From positions 88,005,352-88,069,351 of the forward strand of contig NC_057719.1 of the NCBI RefSeq assembly GCF_004010195.1: a stretch of 64,000 nucleotides of DNA. The letters run 5' to 3'. How positions within the stretch are numbered: position 1 is the stretch's first letter; each line of letters begins with the position of its first letter. Of the stretch, positions 60,201-64,000 are shown piece by piece. A program made the translations under genes and the position numbers. Below the pieces are notes generated by a model. The model did no database searches. It was not told the DNA's origin and saw only the letters and a program-made list of their open reading frames with translations. Source of the DNA: Chiloscyllium plagiosum. Taxonomy: Eukaryota.

Positions 60201-61300
60201 CAGTCTAGCAAAGCTTTCCTAACCATGGTGTACTGGTTCTGTGAATATTTGATGGTTGTGGTTTGATCTGATGGGAATTGTGCAGAGGCAGCTTTGCTGT
60301 ATTTGTAATCCAGGCTAGATATAATGAATGTGAGAGCCCTTGCAGTGGCTAGTATCCCATTTCTCAGCATCTACCCCTGCATGAGCAGCTTCAGGTTTGC
60401 TTGGTTTAATGCCTTAAATTCCATTCACCCATCCATCCTGTGCTCACTGACCTACAAAAGCTCCCATTTTGCTAATGCCTAGATCTTAACATTCTGCTCC
60501 TTGCTTCAGACCCTTTAATAACTTTGCTTCTCCCTGTCATTGTACCACTTATGAGAACTAGAACACAGGTTTCTGTGCCTCTTGTATTCATAGAATCTCT
60601 GCAGTGTTGAAACGTGCCATTGGCCCAACAAGTCCACACTGACCCTCTGAAGAGTGACCCACCCAGACCTATTCTCCTAACCTATTACTCTGTTTATCCC
60701 GAACTAATGCACCTCGTCTATACATCCCTGAAAATTATGGGCAAATTAACATGGCTAATTTACCTAACCTGGACATCTTTGGACTGTGGGAGGAAACCGG
60801 AGCATCTGGAGGAAACCCACGCACACAATGGGAGAATGTGCACTGTCCACACAGACGGTCGCCCGAGGCTGGAATTGAACCCAGGTCCCTGATGCTGTGA
60901 GGCGGCAGTGCTGACCACTGAGCCACCGTGCTGCCTGAGTGTTGCTGCTGTTTATGGCTCCATCTTTGACTACTTGGATCCTCAGCTTTGGAAATCTCTT
61001 CTAAACCCGTCTACCTCTCACTCTTTCCCTAAGACACTCCTTACAATTTACCTCTTTGACCAAATGTTTGATCAACTGTCCCCTGCTTGTTGGGACTGGT
61101 GGGTGGAAGCAGGGGCAGGGTGTGTTTACTGGGTTAAAATTAAGTAAATACTATTTGCAGTTCAATAACTGTCGTCTCTTTGCATTGGTGTAGAATCCAA
61201 GTCGTTGTCAGTGAGCTCGAAGACTCCGTCCGTCAAAGATGGAACCCCAAGGCGATCCCTAAACCTGGAGGACTACAAGAAACGCCGGGGACTGATTTGA
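18187..61300 (+). CDS. RTF1: RTF1 homolog, Paf1/RNA polymerase II complex component; spliced CDS from presumed exon 2 to stop (17 exons, 647 aa, 5'-incomplete)
   Basis: Manually spliced exons with GT-AG ends and consistent phases give a peptide I recognise as vertebrate RTF1: [11 protein letters not shown]..., [20 protein letters not shown] (histone-modification domain region), Plus3 domain ([16 protein letters not shown]...GCFVRIGIG...[12 protein letters not shown]), C-terminus [16 protein letters not shown]. Exon numbering assumes one upstream coding exon. Confidence 0.97.
18424..18723 (+). mobile_element. HE1-type V-SINE, young copy
   Basis: Full head, V-domain and tail with (TCTAA)n. Confidence 0.92.
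18782..18995. mobile_element. Fold-back Penelope-like family 2 element
   Basis: Inverted arms 18819-18872 and 18943-18994 enclose ctgataa-a-ggcacagtgctcc-aaaa-gctt. Confidence 0.65.
20620..21040 (-). mobile_element. Degenerate Gypsy-like LTR retrotransposon integrase remnant
   Basis: Minus-strand translation includes [16 protein letters not shown] (H2C2 region-like) and [32 protein letters not shown] (rve core-like). Confidence 0.6.
21100..21545 (+). mobile_element. Penelope-like family 2 terminal region
   Basis: ccgatga-a-ggggc-agt-gctca-GAAA-gctt followed by aaacctgttggtgtataacctg, shared with the 14205 and 18782 copies. Confidence 0.6.
21905..22234 (-). mobile_element. HE1-type V-SINE
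   Basis: Reverse complement of head, V-domain and tail. Confidence 0.88.
23145..23292 (+). CDS. RTF1: RTF1 exon 3 ([13 protein letters not shown]...DSSAPEE-G)
   Basis: ttttcag|TGG ... GAAG|gtaaat; 148 nt, phase 0/1. Confidence 0.93.
24227..24431 (+). CDS. RTF1: RTF1 exon 4 (EVSDSES...[43 protein letters not shown])
   Basis: tttcag|GA ... AG|gtgaga; 205 nt, phase 1/2. Confidence 0.96.
25425..25505 (+). mobile_element. Penelope-like terminal fragment (3' half of hammerhead motif)
   Basis: ttttgccc-GAAA-catc-gattttcctgttcctcggatgctgcctgacctgctgtgcttttccag. Confidence 0.7.
25806..25917 (+). CDS. RTF1: RTF1 exon 5 ([37 protein letters not shown])
   Basis: gacag|G ... CAG|gtattt; 112 nt, phase 2/0. 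Confidence 0.94.
26491..26602 (+). CDS. RTF1: RTF1 exon 6 ([37 protein letters not shown])
   Basis: tttag|GTG ... ACAG|gtaaga; 112 nt, phase 0/1. Confidence 0.95.
28089..28224 (+). CDS. RTF1: RTF1 exon 7 ([45 protein letters not shown])
   Basis: tttcag|CT ... GA|gtaagt; 136 nt, phase 1/2. Confidence 0.95.
28483..30690 (-). mobile_element. CR1 LINE, 5'-truncated, same subfamily as 11169-12818
   Basis: ORFs [66 protein letters not shown]. Confidence 0.95.
30720..31300 (-). mobile_element. Old L2-like LINE fragment
   Basis: Purine-rich plus strand typical of antisense L2, with degenerate RT-like sequence. Confidence 0.4.
31781..31958 (+). CDS. RTF1: RTF1 exon 8, start of Plus3 domain ([59 protein letters not shown])
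   Basis: tacag|A ... AGA|gtaagt; 178 nt, phase 2/0; contained in ORF 31767..31982. Confidence 0.97.
32009..32136 (-). mobile_element. 128-bp stand-alone Penelope terminal (hammerhead) cassette with 16-bp target-site duplication
   Basis: Flanked by gctatgatggagaagg at 31993-32008 and 32137-32152. Minus strand: ctggaga-a-gggc-ttat-gccc-GAAA-cgtc. Confidence 0.85.
32565..33020 (+). mobile_element. Penelope-like 3' fragment (end of GIY-YIG region + terminus)
   Basis: Matches the 3' part of 50516-52362; core mutated: CTGATTA(32930)-a-gggc-ttat-gccc-GAAA-tgtc. Confidence 0.8.
33431..33528 (+). mobile_element. ~98-bp stand-alone Penelope terminal cassette with 14-bp TSD
   Basis: Flanked by caagcctttctaca (33417-33430) and caagtctttctaca (33529-33542). 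Confidence 0.8.
33434..33469 (+). ncRNA. Candidate minimal type I hammerhead ribozyme (intact core)
   Basis: attc-CTGAAGA(33438-33444)-a-GGGC-ttat-GCCT-GAAA(33458-33461)-CGTC-gatt; ACGT palindrome in place of stem III; predicted cleavage after GUC (33465). Confidence 0.6.
33997..34079 (+). CDS. RTF1: RTF1 exon 9 ([28 protein letters not shown])
   Basis: cacag|GTC ... CG|gtaggt; 83 nt, phase 0/2. Confidence 0.96.
35308..35453 (+). mobile_element. HE1 SINE, 5'-truncated
   Basis: 3' half only (gtgaattggccatgctaaattgccc ... tail taatg/taatc). Confidence 0.88.
35705..37282 (-). mobile_element. Two adjacent CR1 LINE 3' fragments (35705-36750 and 36751-37282)
   Basis: Two tails (agagtaataaag, agagtcatagag) and ORFs [33 protein letters not shown]. 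Confidence 0.9.
37871..37958 (+). CDS. RTF1: RTF1 exon 10 ([29 protein letters not shown])
   Basis: ctctag|A ... ACG|gtgagt; 88 nt, phase 2/0. Confidence 0.96.
38275..38382 (+). CDS. RTF1: RTF1 exon 11 ([36 protein letters not shown])
   Basis: tacag|ATA ... GAG|gtatgt; 108 nt, phase 0/0. Confidence 0.95.
39432..39509 (+). CDS. RTF1: RTF1 exon 12 ([26 protein letters not shown])
   Basis: ttgcag|ATT ... AAA|gtgagt; 78 nt, phase 0/0. Confidence 0.96.
39636..39941 (-). mobile_element. HE1-type V-SINE, young copy
   Basis: (TTAGA)n followed by the reverse-complement body. Confidence 0.92.
40497..41862. mobile_element. Penelope-like element with inverted structure (40497-~41300 minus; ~41305-41862 plus) and 12-bp TSD
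   Basis: TSD ccctttggcttt at 40485-40496 and 41863-41874. GIY-YIG remnant ([15 protein letters not shown]) on the minus strand. Termini with hammerhead-like cores at both outer ends. Confidence 0.88.
42962..43060 (-). mobile_element. Short 3'-tail insertion of young CR1 subfamily
   Basis: Reverse complement of 45824-45923 with few differences; (AGAACAT)n tail. Confidence 0.85.
43634..43755 (+). CDS. RTF1: RTF1 exon 13 ([41 protein letters not shown])
   Basis: cttcag|GCA ... AG|gtatgc; 122 nt, phase 0/2. Confidence 0.96.
43780..44070 (-). mobile_element. Ancient DeuSINE-like remnant
   Basis: Deu-domain-like sequence (aatgaccagataat ... cagcacctcttaacagtgcagcactc). Confidence 0.55.
44260..44575 (-). 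mobile_element. CR1 3' fragment inserted in an older LINE (44085-45210); carries a templated insertion
   Basis: Tail gtcatagagtcagagatgtacagc; [31 protein letters not shown]. Confidence 0.88.
45285..45923 (+). mobile_element. Young CR1 LINE, 5'-truncated, uninterrupted ORF2 C-terminus, sense to RTF1
   Basis: Open frame [19 protein letters not shown]...[15 protein letters not shown]...WNALP...FKRALDRYM* with CpGs retained; tail (TTCTATA)n. Confidence 0.93.
47355..47470 (+). mobile_element. RTE-clade RT remnant
   Basis: Translates to [15 protein letters not shown]...; resembles the RTE motif LYxAFxDLxKAFD. Confidence 0.5.
47490..48783 (-). mobile_element. Non-LTR retrotransposon (CR1/L2 group, second family) 3' portion
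   Basis: [22 protein letters not shown]...KSNPANYHP; 3' end ...caccttctcaagggcaac...ggcaataaa (also at 2585-2670, +). Confidence 0.8.
48786..49740 (-). mobile_element. CR1 LINE 3' fragment (another subfamily)
   Basis: CR1 ORF2-end and tail remnants. Confidence 0.8.
49859..52362 (+). mobile_element. Penelope-like retrotransposon remnant: inverted 5' terminus + RT + GIY-YIG + terminus
   Basis: RT motifs [46 protein letters not shown] region (tgtacctccaccaatgtcatctactgcatc...tacatcggggag = [14 protein letters not shown]); terminal CTGATGA at 52276; inverted terminus at 49859-49890 and 50221-50340. Confidence 0.9.
49901..50219 (-). mobile_element. HE1-type V-SINE, very young copy nested in Penelope terminus
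   Basis: Complete, CpG-rich copy interrupting gctggagatcag...gtggtgctggaaaa. Confidence 0.93.
55413..55470 (+). CDS. RTF1: RTF1 exon 14 ([19 protein letters not shown])
   Basis: tttctag|T ... CTG|gtaagt; 58 nt, phase 2/0. Confidence 0.95.
57408..57485 (+). CDS. RTF1: RTF1 exon 15 ([26 protein letters not shown])
   Basis: gtgcag|GCT ... AAT|gtaagg; 78 nt, phase 0/0. Confidence 0.95.
57975..58272 (-). mobile_element. HE1-type V-SINE nested in family-3 Penelope inverted termini
   Basis: (TTAGA)n plus reverse-complement body; the flanks are inverted family-3 termini. Confidence 0.88.
58739..58837 (+). CDS. RTF1: RTF1 exon 16 ([33 protein letters not shown])
   Basis: ccttag|TCC ... CCG|gtaaga; 99 nt, phase 0/0. 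Confidence 0.94.
59710..59830 (+). CDS. RTF1: RTF1 exon 17 ([40 protein letters not shown]); alternative start 59713
   Basis: ctacag|CAG|GAT tandem acceptor ... GCAG|gtgagc; 121 (or 118) nt, phase 0/1. Confidence 0.93.
60588..60935 (-). mobile_element. HE1-type V-SINE nested in an L2-like 3' end (60420-61085)
   Basis: Reverse-complement head, V-domain and tail; L2-like sequence resumes after 60935. Confidence 0.88.
61194..61300 (+). CDS. RTF1: RTF1 last coding exon ([35 protein letters not shown])
   Basis: gtgtag|AA ... ATT TGA; 107 nt, phase 1; conserved RTF1 C-terminus. Confidence 0.95.
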
Positions 61301-61922
61301 GCATGTCAAGACTGCTGCTGCTGCTGCATTTCTTTGTATGTGTCTTACTGGCAGCAGACGAGTGCAGCAAGCGGACTTTGAAAGACTGAGCCCGGCTGCC
61401 CGACTCTCTGTTCAGGCAGGACGGTCATTGTATAAAAAAAACCAAACTCCTTGGTGATTTTTATTTTTCTTTCATTTAGTAAAAGTAAGTTGAGTGCTGC
61501 TTTCTGTCATTCTTTAGTGCTTGGCTGCAAAGTGATCCCACTCAGTAGGTCTACAGTCATTTTTTAAAATCTTAACAGGGATTGAGACTATAGTTTGCCT
61601 GAGGGGATAGTTTGATTTGTGCATTTGGCGAGCTCTGTTTGAAGCAGTGTTCTCCTACTAGAACATCTTGTATACAGGAAACTTTTCTTTTTCTACAGCT
61701 GAGTTTTGTACATGTACACAGTAGTTTAAGTGCCTAGCAGAAAACCATCTGGTGGCCGGCTGGATTTGTGATCAGCTGGATACAGAGCACCACCCCGCCA
61801 CATCTATTCTGGCTGCTAGGTTGTTTTAGTGCATGTGGCCTATTGGCTACTGTAAATGATGGTAAGTAATTGTTTTCCTCCCAGTTTGTGTCTGATATCC
61901 GCCAAGTAAACCCCCTTTCCCT

Positions 61923-61962
61923 CCCCCCCCCCCCCCCCCCCCCCCCCCCACCAAAAAAAAAA
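61923..61962 (+). repeat. C27 homopolymer followed by A10 in the 3' UTR
   Basis: Read directly from the sequence. Confidence 0.9.
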
Positions 61963-62926
61963 GCTGCCTGGCAGTTTCCTTTCAGGAGTCTCCCTACTTT
62001 GGCTCATCCACCTATAACTAAGACATTGGTCTCACAGTAGTCAAAGCCAACTGTGGAGGAGACTACGTCAAGCCAGCCCTGGGCCCTGCTTATCATTGAA
62101 GTATTGGTAGCCTTTGTCTCATCTCTCTGATCTCGGGCAGTGATGCCATCACTTGAGCTCACTTTGCCTGCGAGCACTTTCCTGCTCGATCCCTGCAACA
62201 GTAGCTCAGTGAGCTGGAATCTGTTGCTAGGCCCAGGGCTTTGTTAGTAGGGAATCACTTGAGATCTGTAAATATCTCCCCTGTAATTAAGGCACCCCCG
62301 AGAGTTGAACCTTGCACCTGATTAAATCAGAGCAGGTTTTCATTCACATCAAGCCCTTATTCTGAACAAAAGGTAATACAAGAAATACCTGGGGAGTAGA
62401 AAACTTGAAATGTGTGGTTTGATCTTTCATCGTCTAAAAGAGAAACCCAGGTGAGTGGTTCAGCTGGCACAAGCATGGTCAAGGTCTGCCTGAATTGTTA
62501 ATCTCTTTCCTCCTTCAAGGTAGCTACTGTATGTTTCCATCAGAGTTTTTTGTGTTTTATTCTGCAGCGAATGTCCTCTTGTTCGTGTTTAAATCCCAAG
62601 AGACTGGAGCTACATTGACCTGCGTCTGCCCTGCCCAGTCCCAGCAGCCCAGGCACTGGTTAAATCATTGACTTAGTTTGAGTTTTGAATGGGGGGGAGC
62701 AGGGGGGTTCATGGTAGGCCACAGGCGTTCCCAGATTAAACCAGCAAAATATACCCTGTACTGGGCAGTAATTTCAGTCAAGGGTGGAACATGTCGCATC
62801 AGATGTTGGCAGGGCAGTTATTTTGTGAATGTGCTCCGAGTCGATTTACAAACAGGAAGATATATGGAACCGAAAACAATGTACTCTTGTAGTACTGTAT
62901 TCCTGCCACTACATGGTAGTGTTGTT

Positions 62927-62932
62927 AATAAA
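62927..62932 (+). terminator. Candidate polyadenylation signal AATAAA (proximal)
   Basis: AATAAA with three TGTA motifs within ~50 nt upstream and T-rich sequence downstream. Confidence 0.6.
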
Positions 62933-63060
62933 GTGCTAATCCACCGTCTGGGCATTTTTAATCCAGTCTCTGTTCAGTTCTAATTTCAGTCTTCAGAGAA
63001 AATGTGTGCACTTTTTTTAAGAAAAAAAGGTGCCAATGAACTTTGTGTCATGAATCCTCA

Positions 63061-63066
63061 AATAAA
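63061..63066 (+). terminator. Candidate polyadenylation signal AATAAA (distal)
   Basis: AATAAA followed by T-rich and GT-rich sequence (tgttgtatttggggatgtggtg). Confidence 0.55.
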
Positions 63067-63586
63067 TATACTTTTTTCCCCTGTTGTATTTGGGGATGTG
63101 GTGAGGATAGTTACTGTCCGTTCCTGGTTTCCCACAGGAAGTGGTGGGCCACCTCAAATGACTGGTATCTGTTTGTTTTGTGGCAGTTTAGTGGCTTTCT
63201 GGGCCACTTAAGTTGGGTACTTGAGCTTTGGCCACTTTTGTGAGACTGAAGTCCTTTATCAGCGAAATCAGGTTTCCTTCCCCAAGCGATTGTTACGAAA
63301 CCAGTTGGGTTTTTACAATCTGACAGCTTCATGTTCACTTTACAAATAGAAATATTTTAATTCCATATTTCTTTTACACTGGATTTAGAATTTCAAGCTT
63401 CTATGGTAGTTTTTAAATTTAAACATTATTGGCCCAGAGAAACAACTATAAATACCAAAACCATTATGCACTATCATAAATAGAATTACATCTTGATTTG
63501 CAAACGTACACTGACCATTTATACCAACTGTTCTCTGGTGTCATGGTTCAGTCAAATAGACTTAAGTAAGGGTAGTCACACATGAA

Positions 63587-63910
63587 TGGTGGCATGGTGT
63601 CTAAGTGGTTAGCACTGTTACCTGACTGCACCAGGGATCTGGGTTTGTTTTCACCCTTGGGTGACTGTGTGGACTTTGCACATTCTCCTTGTGCCTATGT
63701 GGGTTTCCTCTGGTTGCTCCAGTTTCCTCCCACAGTCCAAAGATGTGCAGGTCCGGTGGATTGACCATGCAGCAATGTTTTAGCATTGTTTGCAGATTAG
63801 GTGAGTTAGCTGTGGTATTAAAAGAAATCATGTGGGTTGTGGGTATGTGGATCTGGTGGGAAGCTCTTTGGATGGACTGAATGGCCTCTTTCTGCATTGT
63901 AGGAATTCTA
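63587..63910 (+). mobile_element. HE1-type V-SINE, older copy
   Basis: Degenerate head, V-domain (gtgggtttcctc...ccacagtccaaagatgtgcagg) and tail. Confidence 0.8.
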
Positions 63911-64000
63911 TGAGTAAGGCCAGAACTGACTGACAGTGGGTTGGGAAAGGAGTTTAGCAGCTAAGCAGAATGGTGGTAGACGTTTAAGAAAATAGTTCAT

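Larger units (their letters stand above)
61301..63090 (+). other. RTF1: RTF1 3' UTR (end approximate)
   Basis: Repeat-poor sequence after the stop codon, up to AATAAA hexamers at 62927 and 63061, each followed by U/GU-rich sequence. Confidence 0.65.

Noticed and set aside
1..64000. Prokaryotic systems (operons, CRISPR, defence islands) or intronic snoRNAs
   Set aside because: The sequence is a spliced vertebrate gene with repeat-filled introns. I saw no repeat-spacer arrays and no convincing C/D or H/ACA structures by eye, though snoRNAs cannot be excluded without a covariance-model scan.

Overview
Eukaryotic (vertebrate) genomic DNA. The repeat content (HE1-type tRNA-derived V-SINEs, CR1 LINEs, Penelope-like elements) indicates a cartilaginous fish, probably a shark (inference). 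The window holds almost all of RTF1 (Paf1/RNA Pol II elongation complex subunit) on the + strand. Seventeen GT-AG coding exons (18187-61300; 1944 nt = 647 codons + TGA) splice in phase and end in ...[17 protein letters not shown] ~1.6-1.8 kb 3' UTR follows. Coding exon 1 was not found and presumably lies upstream. The introns are largely transposon-derived: about 11 HE1 SINEs, several CR1 and L2 fragments, RTE, Gypsy and DeuSINE remnants, and many Penelope-like pieces. The most notable non-genic signal is at least three families of minimal hammerhead-ribozyme-like motifs (CTGANGA..stem II..GAAA + 4-nt palindrome) in Penelope termini. Some occur as ~100-130 bp stand-alone insertions with target-site duplications, others as fold-back (inverted) insertions that would form dsRNA in the RTF1 pre-mRNA. 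Penelope-associated hammerheads are a known class, and their activity here is untested. Also seen: a locally templated insertion scar, inverted repeats flanking exons, a NAGNAG acceptor and strong splice signals in the 3' UTR. No prokaryotic systems or CRISPR arrays were found.
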